NCBI GenBank assembly: GCA_965218795.1
Contig: OZ244653.1
Coordinates: forward strand, 1,344,001 to 1,408,000
Direction: 5' to 3'
DNA: 64,000 bases
From: a bacterium
GTDB lineage: Bacteria; UBA8248; JACPRG01; G963555815
Each line of letters opens with the position of its first letter. Position 1 is the stretch's first letter. The notes beneath the pieces were generated by a model that was not told where the DNA came from, did no database searches, and was given only the letters and a program-made list of their open reading frames with translations. This document shows, piece by piece, positions 1 through 10,475 of the stretch. Both the position numbers and the translations under genes were made by a program.

Positions 1-903
1 CCCGAGCTGGGAGCGCTTGTCCGGGTCCAGACCGCGCTCGAACAGAGTGCCCAGAATGGAAGGGTCGATCTCGGACCAGTCGAGGGCGGCCGCCGCAAGG
101 GTTGTCTCGATACCGGCCCGGTCCAGGGGCAGGGCCGCGTCGTCGTCGAACAGGCCGCCGTTGAACCACGCCACCGTCTCGAAACCGACACGGCCGCCAA
201 AGGACATGGCACCGAACAGGTCCCGGGCCAGGACGGAGAACTCCCCGGGCCGCTGCCGCGCCTGCTCCAGCATCCGGGTGAACATCCGGTTCGGAAGAAG
301 ACCCGCGTCCTCGGCGAACATGCAGAACACCAGACGGTTGATGAAATGAGCCACGGCCTGGGGGGCGTGGCCGCCCTCCCGCAGGGACTGCGCCAGGGAG
401 GCGAAGGTTTGCGCGGCCCGCTCGGTGACTTCCTGACGGCTCTCGCCCGGACGAAGGCGCCCGGGCTCGGACATGGCCCATTTGAGCCTGTCGCGGTTGG
501 CCGCGTTGGCCAGACCCTCCAGGGCGAACTCGTGGGTCTCGCTTACGCTGTTGGTCCAGTTGGTGCGGATGCGGAACCGCCCCATGTCCGAGACGATCAG
601 AAGCGGCGGGTTCTCAAGGGCGAGGGCGTATTGTCGAAGCTGGTTGAAGGCGGCGTCCAGGTCGGCGTGACGGCCCTTGTACTCCCAGGCGAAGTGGTGG
701 CGCTTCCACACGTCGGCCCAGCCGTCGCCGCCGGTGTCCTTGCGGGCCCCGCGCTCGAAGCAGTAATGCTCGCCGGTCGGATCGGCCTCGGCAGGCGTGG
801 ACTCGCCCAGGAGGCGGCACAGGTCGATGAAGTGCTCCTGAGAAGCGGAGCGCTCCTTCAGTTCCGACGCCCGCCACTTGGCGATGAACTCACCCGGCGT
901 CAT
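1..903 (-). CDS. MmeI/YeeA-like Type IIL restriction-modification DNA methyltransferase, N-terminal part (runs off window start)
   Basis: Not in ORF track. Minus-strand ATG at 903 reads MTPGEFIAKWRASELKERSASQEHFIDLCRLLGE...GDGWADVWKRHHFAWEYKG...FINRLVFCMFAEDAGLLP...WFNGGLFDD, the typical MmeI N-terminal nuclease and helical domains. Confidence 0.88.
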   Translation of the reverse strand, partial: MTPGEFIAKWRASELKERSASQEHFIDLCRLLGESTPAEADPTGEHYCFERGARKDTGGDGWADVWKRHHFAWEYKGRHADLDAAFNQLRQYALALENPPLLIVSDMGRFRIRTNWTNSVSETHEFALEGLANAANRDRLKWAMSEPGRLRPGESRQEVTERAAQTFASLAQSLREGGHAPQAVAHFINRLVFCMFAEDAGLLPNRMFTRMLEQARQRPGEFSVLARDLFGAMSFGGRVGFETVAWFNGGLFDDDAALPLDRAGIETTLAAAALDWSEIDPSILGTLFERGLDPDKRSQLG

Positions 904-1143
904 GGCATCGGCCGCAAGGGCGCATCGCAGCCGGGGCGCCTGTCCGCCGGCCAGGCAGGCTGTCCGTCCATCGCGAACCCACGGCCTGTCGACCCCTCAT
1001 GTGGTTACAAAGCCCCCGGAAAAGCCGCTTGTTACGCTGTTTCCAGGCTACCAAGGCCAGAAAGCGGCGGTCGGATTTGTGACGAGAAAGCAGCATTTGA
1101 AACGCATCCTTGCAGCGCGCGCCGACGGCACCCACCGCCACTT

Positions 1144-1195
1144 TTCCACGGTATTCCACGGTATTCCACGGTATTCCACGGATAACCACGGTATT
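1144..1195. repeat. 10-bp tandem repeat (TTCCACGGTA), 5 copies of the CCACGG core
   Basis: CCACGG at 1146, 1156, 1166, 1176 and 1186; exact 10-bp period. Confidence 0.95.
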
Positions 1196-1301
1196 TTCGG
1201 CCCTACAGTTGTTTATCTACCTCTTCACCGATCCTGCTGACGGTTTTCGCAACGGACGAAGTCCCCGGACATCAGGGTACTGAAACCCAAAGGGCGTCCG
1301 C

Positions 1302-2315
1302 TCAGAGTCCCAGCAAGCCCTTTGCCGTGCCGCCCAGGATCATGGCCTTGTCGTCCGCGGACAGGGAGGTGGCTTCGATGCTGGAGACGGCGCGGGAGAG
1401 ATCTCCGCTCAGAAACGGGTAGTCGCTCCCCAGCAGCAAATGGTCGGCGCCCGCAAAGGCGTGTGCGCACTCGACCGCCGGGGGATAGAACGACACGGTA
1501 TCCCAATAGAGGAGCTTGAAGTACTCGCCGGGCTTTTTGGGGATGCTCTTCTGAACCTCGGGGAATCGGCATCCCCGCTCCAGCCGATCAGCCAGGAACG
1601 GAACGGCCCCGCCCAGATGATTGAAGATCAGTTTCAGGTTCGGGTGCTCCTCGAGGAGCCCGTCGAAGACGAGGGTCGTCGCCACCAGGGTCGTTTCGAA
1701 CATGAAGCCGACCAGGGCCGCCAGGTGGAACCGCTCCAGGGCGGGATTGGGCTCCGCGTTGAGCGGGTGGATGAAGACGGGCCGGTCGAGCGCCTCCGCC
1801 TCGGCAAAGAAGGGCCGGAAACGACGGTCGCTCAGGTTGACGCCGTCAACGTTGGTGAAGGTCGAAAACCCCTTCAGTCCGAGCTCACCGACCGAGCGGC
1901 GCATCTCCTCCCGGGCGGCGTCCATGTCCTTCAGGAAAACCGAACCGAATCCCGCGAAGCGGTCGGGTCGCCGCCGGACCATCTCGGCGATATCGTCGTT
2001 GATGGCCCGCATGAGGGGAACGCCGTCCTCCGGCTCGAAGAGGTCGATGCTGGGATTGCCCATCGTCAACACCTGGAGGTCGAAGTTCGCCGCGTCCATG
2101 TGGGCCAGGCGGGGGCCCGGATCAATCCCCGTGGCCGAGATGGGGCCGAAGTCGAACCCTCGGTGGTAAAAACGGATGCGGCCGTCATCATCCTCTTCCA
2201 GGCGAAGACCGTAGCGCTCCTGCTTGTTTTTGAGCGTTTCCAAATAGACCATCGGATAGACGTGGGAGTGGAAATCGATATTCACGGTCAAGCTCCGTTC
2301 AAGTGTCTCTGTCAT
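1302..2315 (-). CDS. Amidohydrolase_2 family protein (ACMSD/decarboxylase-like)
   Basis: IDFHSH metal motif, PVFIHP, HLGG, LLGSDYP. Confidence 0.9.
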   Translation of the reverse strand: MTETLERSLTVNIDFHSHVYPMVYLETLKNKQERYGLRLEEDDDGRIRFYHRGFDFGPISATGIDPGPRLAHMDAANFDLQVLTMGNPSIDLFEPEDGVPLMRAINDDIAEMVRRRPDRFAGFGSVFLKDMDAAREEMRRSVGELGLKGFSTFTNVDGVNLSDRRFRPFFAEAEALDRPVFIHPLNAEPNPALERFHLAALVGFMFETTLVATTLVFDGLLEEHPNLKLIFNHLGGAVPFLADRLERGCRFPEVQKSIPKKPGEYFKLLYWDTVSFYPPAVECAHAFAGADHLLLGSDYPFLSGDLSRAVSSIEATSLSADDKAMILGGTAKGLLGL

Positions 2316-2389
2316 TTCATGGCGATCGGATCGAAATCATCCTTCGGGGCCAGGAACGAATTGTCAACCAGGAGAACCATCCTGAAATC

Positions 2390-3244
2390 TCACTTCACGG
2401 CACCGACTGTAAACCCCGCGATGAAACGGTCCACGAAAAAATTGTACAGAATCGCTATCGGCACGCTGGCGATGAAGCAGGCCGCCATGAGCGACCCCCA
2501 GAAATACACGTCCCCCCGGACGAGAAACGTCGGCACCCCCACGCTCACGGTGAACGAGGAGGAAGACGTGATGAACGTCAGGCCGTACACGAATTCCTGC
2601 ATCACCAGGGTCAGCGAAAAGATCACCACCGTGAGAATCCCGGAGGAGGAGACGGGAACCGCAATCCGCATGAACGCGCCGAAGCGGCTGTGGCCATCCA
2701 CCATCGCCGCCTCTTCCAGGTCCTTGGGAATCGCTTTGAAGAAACCCATCAACAGCCAGGTGGAGAAGGGGACCGTAATGCTCGGGTAAACCAGAACCAG
2801 GGACCACAGGGAGTCCTGCAATCCCAGCGTGGCAACGACCCGCGAGAGAGGGATGAACAAAAGGGTTGGCGGTACCAGGTAGGTCAGGAAGATTCCGATG
2901 CCCATCCGCTCCCCCCATCGGCCTGAGAGCCGGGCCAGGCTGTAACCCGCGGGGACGGCCAGGAGCAGCGTGATGACCACCACGGCGCCGCCCACAAGAC
3001 CCGTGTTCAACAGCCAGTTTCCGTAGAGGGTGTCGAAAAACAGGAGCTTCAGGTGCTCCAGCGTCGGCGGAGCGTTATACAGAAAAGGGTTGTTTTGGGG
3101 ATTGAGGAGATCCCGGGTTTCCTTGAAGGTGGTGATCAGCATCCACAGGAAGGGGAAAGCCGCGAAAACGGCGAACAGGGTCAGCAGGGCGTAATGGCCC
3201 ACGCCGCCCACCCATCTTCCGAGCCGGGACCGGCCGCCGGCCAT
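2390..3244 (-). CDS. Carbohydrate ABC transporter permease (MalG-like)
   Basis: TM helices, EAA loop LEEAAMVDG. Confidence 0.92.
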   Translation of the reverse strand: MAGGRSRLGRWVGGVGHYALLTLFAVFAAFPFLWMLITTFKETRDLLNPQNNPFLYNAPPTLEHLKLLFFDTLYGNWLLNTGLVGGAVVVITLLLAVPAGYSLARLSGRWGERMGIGIFLTYLVPPTLLFIPLSRVVATLGLQDSLWSLVLVYPSITVPFSTWLLMGFFKAIPKDLEEAAMVDGHSRFGAFMRIAVPVSSSGILTVVIFSLTLVMQEFVYGLTFITSSSSFTVSVGVPTFLVRGDVYFWGSLMAACFIASVPIAILYNFFVDRFIAGFTVGAVK

Positions 3245-3245
3245 C

Positions 3246-4163
3246 TCAGGTCACCTCCGCCCGCCGGGCAATCCGCAGCATCAGGAAAGCGACGGCCACC
3301 AACAGGGGAAAGAGGAACAGGGCGATGGCCGCGCCTTCGGCCAGATCCCCCCCGTCAATTCCCGTGTAAAAGGCCAGGCTCGCCAGAACCTGGGTCGAAT
3401 CGTAGGGGCCGCCGCCGGTCAGCACATAGATGACGATCATGTCCGTGAACGCGAAGACGATGCCGAACAGAGCGGCGACGCCGAGGATCGGGAGCACCAT
3501 CGGGATGGTGATTTCAAGCTCGCGCCGCCAAAACCCGGCCCCGTCCACCGAAGCGGCGTCATGGATGTCCTGGGGGATGGAGCTGAGCCCCGCCAGCAGG
3601 ATCACCGTGGCCAGCGGGAGAAGCCGCCAAACGTGGATGGCGATAATGGAGGACATGGCCAGACGGGGAAAGCCCAGCCACATGGGCCAGGTTTCCGGGC
3701 CGAAGATTCCAATGGCGCGAAGCGTCCAATTGATCACGCTGTAAATGGAATCCAGGATCCACATCCAGCCGATGGCCCCCAATGAGACCGGCGCCACCCA
3801 AGGCAGGAGAATGAGCCCCCGAACGATCCACTTCCCCCTGAAGTCTTTCAGCAGGGCCAGCGCCAGAATCTTGGCCAGCACGAGAACAATCGCCTGGGAA
3901 CCGAAAGCGAAGATGAAGGTGTTCTTCACGGCGACCCGGAATGCGGGAGTCTCGAAGCTCTCTCTGAAGTTCTCAAGACCGACGAATTTGAAGCCCAGGC
4001 TGCCGACGGTGATGTCGCTCACGCTGTAGAACAAGGCCAGAAAGAAGGGGAAGCCGATCAGCGCTGCAATGTAGAGGATGGCCGGGGCGATCATCAACCG
4101 GGCAAGCCAATCCTCCCGGTCCAGGAGGTCACCGTATCGGCCCGTCCGCGCTCTGGCCGCCAA
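3246..4163 (-). CDS. Carbohydrate ABC transporter permease (MalF-like)
   Basis: FVGLENF, IHDAASVDGA loop, LTGGGP. Confidence 0.92.
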   Translation of the reverse strand: MAARARTGRYGDLLDREDWLARLMIAPAILYIAALIGFPFFLALFYSVSDITVGSLGFKFVGLENFRESFETPAFRVAVKNTFIFAFGSQAIVLVLAKILALALLKDFRGKWIVRGLILLPWVAPVSLGAIGWMWILDSIYSVINWTLRAIGIFGPETWPMWLGFPRLAMSSIIAIHVWRLLPLATVILLAGLSSIPQDIHDAASVDGAGFWRRELEITIPMVLPILGVAALFGIVFAFTDMIVIYVLTGGGPYDSTQVLASLAFYTGIDGGDLAEGAAIALFLFPLLVAVAFLMLRIARRAEVT

Positions 4164-4196
4164 GGGGGGTTCTCCTTCTTCTCCATCGTTCCGGTT

Positions 4197-5226
4197 TCAG
4201 ATGGGCTTTTCACCCGTGCGAAGCCCGGTTTCCTGATCGAAAAACCGCACGTCCTTCCTCGCGACGGCGAACTCACGGATATCATCGGCCCGAAAGTCGA
4301 ACGGAAGGTTCGAGGAAAGCCGGGCGATGGCCTTCTGGTCCCGGAAGGGTCCTCCCACGACGCCGTAAATCAACGGTCCGCGCCCAGGGACTCCACGCGG
4401 TTCAGCCGAAACGGCAGACGGAATCCGTTTTCTCCTGCGTGGGAGCCTTCACCCGGGAGAAAGGTCTCCGGCCGGAATCCCACAATGGCGCCCTCCCCTT
4501 TCAGGAGATTCATCGGAGGGGAACCCAGAAATCCGGCGACGAATGTATCTGCGGGGTCGTCGTATATTTCCTGGGGGAAGCCGAGTTGCCGGAGCTTGCC
4601 CGAGTCCATGACAGCAATCCGGTCGCCCATTTCCATCGCCTCGACCTGGTCGTGGGTTACGTAAATGGTTGTGGTGCCGATTCGCCGCTGAAACTGGAGG
4701 AGCTCGTCTCTCGCGGACGCCCGCAGCTTGGCATCCAGGTTCGACAACGGCTCGTCCAGAAGGAAAAGGTTCGGCTCCCGGACGACCGCCCGGGCCAACG
4801 CGACGCGCTGGCGCTCGCCGCCTGAAAGCGCCCGCGGTTTCCGATCCAACAGGCGCTCGATGTCGAAAATCCCCGCGGCCCACTCCACCCGCTTGTTCCG
4901 CTCTTCCCTCGGCATGCCGGAGGCTTTCAACGGAAACGCGTGTTCTGGAAGACCGATTTGTGGGGGTAGAGGGCATAGCTTTGGAAAACCATGGCGATCC
5001 CCCGGGTCCGCGGCGGAAGGTGGTTCACCACGACTCCCCCGATCACGATATCTCCGTCGGTGGGCTGCTCCAATCCCGCGATCATTCGAAGGAGTGTGGT
5101 TTTACCGCAGCCGGAGGGTCCTAGAAAAACGAGGAACTCGCCTTCCTCGCTCTTCAGATCAACGCCGTCGACCGCCTTCACGTCTCCGAAGTATTTCTTG
5201 ATGCCAATCGTTTCGACCGTGGCCAT
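4197..5226 (-). pseudogene. MalK-like ABC ATPase with two single-base-deletion frameshifts
   Basis: Walker A GPSGCGKT in 4927-5226; LSGGERQR and LLDEPLSNLD in 4370-4930; C-terminal tail LIYGVVG...FFDQETG ends at TGA 4197-4199; shifts near 4941 and 4374. Confidence 0.85.
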
Positions 5227-5368
5227 CTATGGCTCCCGTGCGAATCCCGTATCCGGCCTCGTCTCCGGTGGCTTCCCGGTCCGGGTAAAGAGAGAGGGAG
5301 ACCGCAACGGGCGGTCCCCCTCTTCCGTCTTCACTGAGCGCCCCGAACGCTCATCCGTAGGGCGCGTC

Positions 5369-6718
5369 TCAAACCTTTCCTTTGGTCCGCCACTTCTTGA
5401 AGATGCGGTCAACCGCCTTGGCCGCCTCATTGACGGCGGCCTCCGGGGAGAGAGCGCCCTGCGCGGCCTTGGCGAACATCGTCGAGACAATCCATGTACT
5501 GAAGATCTCATCGATGGCCGCGTTGGCGTAGCCCGGGTAACCGACATTGGTCGCCCAGTCCAGCACGTCTTCCAGGACCTTGTACTTGTCGGGCGGATTC
5601 GCCTTCGCGTCGTTGGCGAGCAGCTTCTTGAAATCGGGCACCGTATCCGGGAAACATGGGAAATTGTAATACTCGCTCGCCATGAATCCCCGCTTGAAGT
5701 TGCCGATGTAGTCGACCAGGAACTGCTTGGCGCCGTCGATGTTCTTGGCGAATTTTCAGATGACGTAGACGTCCATGACGTGCTCAAGGCCGATCCGCCG
5801 CACAGGACCCGCCGCGGCCTTGGCCAGCCAGATGTTGTCGGTCACGGGAATCTTCTTGTTCTCGCCCGTCCGTGTGATGGAGATGGCGTTCAGGGACAGC
5901 GACCCCTTCCCCGCCAGCATGAACCGGTTGTTCGAGGCGGCGTTCCAGGTGAACACCTCGGGCGTCATTGTTTCCTCGTAGAGGGCCTTGACGAACTTGA
6001 CGGCCTCGACCGTATGCCTGGACTTCAGGACGGGATTTCCGTCGGCGTCCTGCACGGAGCTCCCGAAGGAGTACATGATGGACCGCAGGGCCATGTTGGT
6101 GTCGATTTCCGATGCGAGGCCGATCCCCACGGGATTGCCGTACTTCTTCTTGATCTTGGCCCCGCCGACCCGGATATCGTCCCAGGTGTTGGGGCTCATG
6201 CCCACGCCGTCCCAAAGGTCTTTCCGGTAATTCACCGGATCCGGAACATAACTGTCCGAGAACCCGTAGTACTTTTTGGTTTTGGGGTTATAGGTGCTCC
6301 GGATGGCGAGCGGGATGGCCTTGCCGTATTTGCGCTGGCACTCTTCGTAGATCTCCTTGTGATCGATGACCTGATCCTCGTGGACCGGCGGCGGCCACAG
6401 GAACATGAACAGGTCGTGACCCTGCTGGGCCCCAACCTCCGCTGCCGCTCGGGCGTTCAGCCCCGCCAGTCCGATGTTGTCCACGATCACCTTCGTATCG
6501 TTCTTCTGCCCCCACTCTTTGATGTACTGGTTGTTGAACCACTTGTCATACCCTGGGACAAAGTGGTTCCATTGAAGAATCTTCAACGTCTTCCGTTGGG
6601 CCTCGGATCAGCCGGGGATGATGATTCCCGGTTCGAGACCAGCCGCTACGGCGCCTGCGCCGGCTACCTTCAATACGGTACGGCGGGAGATTCCTTGATT
6701 GTTCCCCTTTTTTGCCAT
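5369..6718 (-). pseudogene. Tat-exported sugar ABC substrate-binding protein with two in-frame TGA codons
   Basis: ATG 6718 MAKKGNNQGISRRTVLK (twin-Arg). One continuous frame of 450 codons interrupted by TGA at 6608-6610 (PG*SEAQ) and 5756-5758 (YVI*KFAKN). Confidence 0.85.
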
Positions 6719-6938
6719 CACCCTTCTCCTCCGGATTCACAACAGTTCGGCCAAGGGGCCGCTCCTGGGACATCGTAGAAGGAACCAAACAGCAATCCGT
6801 TCCAGCCGACGAGGCTGAAAGGTACAGGAATCATTCGTCAAGGAGTCAATACGCAGTTCGCAGCAAGATCTTAACGCAATCGATTCTCCAGTCTCAAGGC
6901 TCCGGGATTCGGAAATGAGCGCAATTCTCATCATTGAA

Positions 6939-7445
6939 TCACCGCGGGGCCAGAATGATTTCGAATTCATACCAAGCCGCGCCGGGCTGAAAATCGTCGA
7001 TTTCAACGACAGGCCTGAAGCCGTTTCCAATACCCGGGGACTCTACAGTCCGGATTTTCCCCCTCCCCTCCAACTCCTTGAGATCAACCCAAACGGGCCG
7101 CGGCGGGACGACGAAGCCCTTCAGTTCCAATCCCGATGAATCACACCGGCAGTGAAGGCCCTCGTCTTCGCCGAAGGGCCATTCCGGGAACCAGGGCGAG
7201 CCATCGACCGTCGTAGGAAGATTTCGGTCGGTCCATCTTCCCGGCGCCACCCAATCCAGATGACGAATCCAGAGACGGCTGTCCTGAACGGCGAACCAGC
7301 TTCTCCCGTCGATGAAGCTTCGGATTCGCAGCGTAGCGGAAGAGCGGACGAGCTTCTTCTCGCCCTGGAACGCATTCTGCGCGCCGGCTGGAACGTTCCA
7401 TAAACAAAGCGCGGATGTGAGTGCCAACACCAAGACCGTCCGCAT
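6939..7445 (-). CDS. Hypothetical secreted protein
   Basis: Signal peptide MRTVLVLALTSALCLWNVPAGAQ; beta-rich body ending GAAWYEFEI. Confidence 0.7.
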   Translation of the reverse strand: MRTVLVLALTSALCLWNVPAGAQNAFQGEKKLVRSSATLRIRSFIDGRSWFAVQDSRLWIRHLDWVAPGRWTDRNLPTTVDGSPWFPEWPFGEDEGLHCRCDSSGLELKGFVVPPRPVWVDLKELEGRGKIRTVESPGIGNGFRPVVEIDDFQPGAAWYEFEIILAPR

Positions 7446-7637
7446 ACTATCCCCCGGGCTGGAGGCCCTCATGGCTTCGCCCCGATTCCCATCGTTGAAT
7501 GAAAAGAAAAGGGAAAGATAAGTGCCGGGCCGTCGGCGAACTTAACCCTCAACCTGATCCAGTAGAAGGTAGAAGAATAATACCGAAAAAACAGCGGGGC
7601 GCGTGAACGAGCCCCCGGACGTCGCCGGCCATTTGTT

Positions 7638-8600
7638 TCAGTCGCCTTCGTCGATCTGGTGGATCTGTCCGGCCACCAGTTCGTTGGGGAGCTGGAACAC
7701 GACATTCTCATCCGGCCCTTCGAGCTCCTCGACCTCTGCGATGCCCCGCCCCTTCAGAAACTCGACCAGCTCCCTGACCAGAAATTCGGGAGTGGACGCG
7801 CCCGCGGTCACGCCGATCCGATCGGCCTCGTCGAACCAGGACATCTCAAGGTCGGAAACCCCGTCGATCAGGTGCGCCCGGATGCCAGATGATTCTCCCA
7901 CCTCTTTGAGCCGCATGGAGTTCGAGCTGTTTTGGGAACCCAGGACGAGAAGGAGACCGACCTTTCCGGTCATCTCCTTGACCGCGAACTGGCGGTTCGT
8001 CGTCGCATAGCAGATGTCCTCCTTGGCCGGCAGGGTCAGATCCGGAAACTTTTGCTTGAGCGCGGAGATGACCTCCGCCGTATCGTCAACGCTCAAGGTC
8101 GTCTGCGTGAGGCAGACCACCTTCTTCGGATCGGGTACCGTGACGCCATCGACCTCCTCCACTTCGCTGATGACTGTAATATCGTCAGGGGCCTCTCCGT
8201 AGGTGCCGATGACCTCGTCGTGGTCCATGTGTCCCACCAGAATGATGTGGAACCCGTTCCGAACGTACCGGCGGACCTCGCTGTGAACCTTGGTCACCAG
8301 CGGACAGGTGGCGTCCAGGGCCTTCAATTTCCGTCTTGTCGCCTCCCCCACGACGGTTGGGGCGATGCCGTGCGCGCTGAAAATGATGATTGCGCCTTCG
8401 GGGACCTCATCCAGCTCCTCGACAAAGATGGCGCCCTTCTTTCTCAGGTTCTCCACAACGTGCTTGTTGTGAACGATCTCCTTTCGGACATAAATCGGCG
8501 ACCCGTACTGTCCCAACGCGTGTTCGACCACCTCGATGGCTCGGTCGACGCCCGCGCAGAAACCCCTCGGTTTCGCCAGAATCAACTCATGGAAAGACAT
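7638..8600 (-). CDS. ispH: 4-hydroxy-3-methylbut-2-enyl diphosphate reductase
   Basis: PRGFCAGV, DATCPLV, DICYATTNRQ, SSNS, TAGASTP motifs. Confidence 0.97.
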   Translation of the reverse strand: MSFHELILAKPRGFCAGVDRAIEVVEHALGQYGSPIYVRKEIVHNKHVVENLRKKGAIFVEELDEVPEGAIIIFSAHGIAPTVVGEATRRKLKALDATCPLVTKVHSEVRRYVRNGFHIILVGHMDHDEVIGTYGEAPDDITVISEVEEVDGVTVPDPKKVVCLTQTTLSVDDTAEVISALKQKFPDLTLPAKEDICYATTNRQFAVKEMTGKVGLLLVLGSQNSSNSMRLKEVGESSGIRAHLIDGVSDLEMSWFDEADRIGVTAGASTPEFLVRELVEFLKGRGIAEVEELEGPDENVVFQLPNELVAGQIHQIDEGD

Positions 8601-8716
8601 CGTCCCCCCTCTGCTGACGAAGGTCCCCGCCCAGATCCGCTTTCTTCAGCAGCCATTTTACCATAAGGGCCGCGCAGGATGCGGATGACGGCCGAAAAGC
8701 CGGGTCGGCTTGCGGG

Positions 8717-9325
8717 TCAACCGGAAAAAGTGATGCGGAAGAGGACCTCAAATCCTTCCTCCCAACGCTCGATGAAGAGCCCGTCGGCATCCAAGGTCGC
8801 GAAGGTCTCTGTAATGTTCATTGGTCCCGTGTCGTGTCGGTCGCCGAACTCGCCGTGCACCTCATTCAACATCTCCAGACCCGCCGGGTTCACGTCGGCC
8901 ACGACGAGACGGCCACCGGGTTTACAGACGCGCAGCATCTCCCGGACGGACTCGGCAGGCTTTTCCAGATGATGGATCAAATTGGCCGAGGCCACCAGAT
9001 CAAAGGTACCGTCCGCGAAGGGCAGGCGCGCGGCATCGCCGCGGAGAAACCGAATTCGATCCGCCACGCCTGCATCCGCCGCATTCTTGCGCGCCGTGTC
9101 GACCCCTTCGGCTTCGAATTCCAGCGTTGCAACCCCCGCCTCTTCCTTGGCCAGCAAGATCGCGAAGCGTCCCGGTCCGGTTCCGACATCCAGCACCCGC
9201 CCCGCAATCGGACGGGCGCCCTCCACCACGCGGGCGCACATCTCGCCCACGTCGTAGCCCCGCTCTTTCAGAACATGGTGGCGGTCCTGATATTCCCGGA
9301 TTCCTTTTTCGCCGGTATCGCTCAT
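8717..9325 (-). CDS. Class I SAM-dependent methyltransferase (type 11)
   Basis: VLDVGTGPG, LPFADGTFDLV, LRVCKPGGRL. Confidence 0.9.
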   Translation of the reverse strand: MSDTGEKGIREYQDRHHVLKERGYDVGEMCARVVEGARPIAGRVLDVGTGPGRFAILLAKEEAGVATLEFEAEGVDTARKNAADAGVADRIRFLRGDAARLPFADGTFDLVASANLIHHLEKPAESVREMLRVCKPGGRLVVADVNPAGLEMLNEVHGEFGDRHDTGPMNITETFATLDADGLFIERWEEGFEVLFRITFSG

Positions 9326-9598
9326 CCGATTCCGATCCTGTTTTCACCGAAGGATTATTGACGAACGACCCCGCACCCCAGTACGGTGAGCGGTCGGATT
9401 CATCCCGGATCGAACCAACCCAATGTCAGTTTATGGTACAGGATAGAGAAAGGCTCATCAAATCCCAGCCCCAGGCACGTCGCTCCCCAAGTGGATTTGG
9501 ATGCCTCTTTTGAATCGACGACATGAAACTTTGATTCCAGCCGCCTTCGAGATTTCAGAATTCGTCGAATTCACATTTCAACCGGGACGACGTTTTTC

Positions 9599-10465
9599 AT
9601 GAACCCAATCTTCGAAGTGCCCCTCGCGCTCGCCCTGTTAGGGTTCATTTTTCAGGGGTTCAGCGATTTCCTGCTGAAGCGTGGAGTGGATCAGGAGGGA
9701 AACCCTTTCTCCATCATCGCGATGTCGGTTCCCACCTTCTTCACGACCTCATTCCTCTCCGGGTTTCTCTTGGGCGAACTGGAGTTCAAGACAGAAACCA
9801 TCGGTTTTGGAATCATCGCCGGCATTCTCTCCGTCGTGGCCTTGAACCTCTTCATGATCAGCCTGAAGGATGGCGAGGTGTCCGTTACTTCCACGCTGTT
9901 CAGGCTGAATTTCGTCGTGACTTCTCTCCTGGCCATTTTCATTCTGGAGGAATCGGCGACCTGGTCCAAATGGGTAGGGCTCGCGCTCGCGGGGGGCGCC
10001 ATCTATTCGATATCCTGGGGCGGTCATCCACACCGAAAGGGAATGGCGCGCGCGACCGCCCTGGCCATCGCGGCGCTTCTCACCTATGGCATCAACAGCT
10101 TCTTTTTCAAAATTGCGACTCTCTACGAAGTGAGCGTGCCCGCTTACACAGTCGCCACATCGTTCACATTCGGCACCTTGTCCGTTGCCGTCCATTTTTC
10201 ACCTTGGAAAGCCGTACGCCTTCGAGTGAATCGGGTGGTCCTCCGATACGGCCTGATATCGGGCTTCATCATCGGGGTGGGGTTCAACGCCATGATCTGG
10301 TCGTTGCGCCTTGGCGGTGAGGCAAGCGTTGTCGTCCCCATTGTTCAGCTCAGTTTCGTCTTGACCGCCGCCTTAGGCGTCATCAGGCTGAACGAGCCCA
10401 TGACACCCCGAAAAGGGGTTGGCTTTGGCTTAGCCATTGGAGCCATTATCGTCCTGGCGCTGTGA
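9599..10465 (+). CDS. EamA/DMT family transporter
   Basis: About 10 TM segments in two repeats; GEASVVVPIVQLS. Confidence 0.88.
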   Translation: MNPIFEVPLALALLGFIFQGFSDFLLKRGVDQEGNPFSIIAMSVPTFFTTSFLSGFLLGELEFKTETIGFGIIAGILSVVALNLFMISLKDGEVSVTSTLFRLNFVVTSLLAIFILEESATWSKWVGLALAGGAIYSISWGGHPHRKGMARATALAIAALLTYGINSFFFKIATLYEVSVPAYTVATSFTFGTLSVAVHFSPWKAVRLRVNRVVLRYGLISGFIIGVGFNAMIWSLRLGGEASVVVPIVQLSFVLTAALGVIRLNEPMTPRKGVGFGLAIGAIIVLAL

Positions 10466-10475
10466 AAGGCCTTTT

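Noticed and set aside
346-1185. 279-aa plus-strand ORF, and other long antisense ORFs such as 4991-6778, 23203-24762 and 30706-32439
   Set aside because: Shadow ORFs opposite well-supported genes in high-GC DNA
1144-1195. CRISPR array
   Set aside because: 10-bp contiguous units with no spacers, and no cas genes in the window
5369-6718. TGA read as Trp (alternative genetic code) or Sec in the binding protein
   Set aside because: Many intact genes here end in TGA and use TGG for Trp; the positions are not Cys-like; the neighbouring ATPase is also broken
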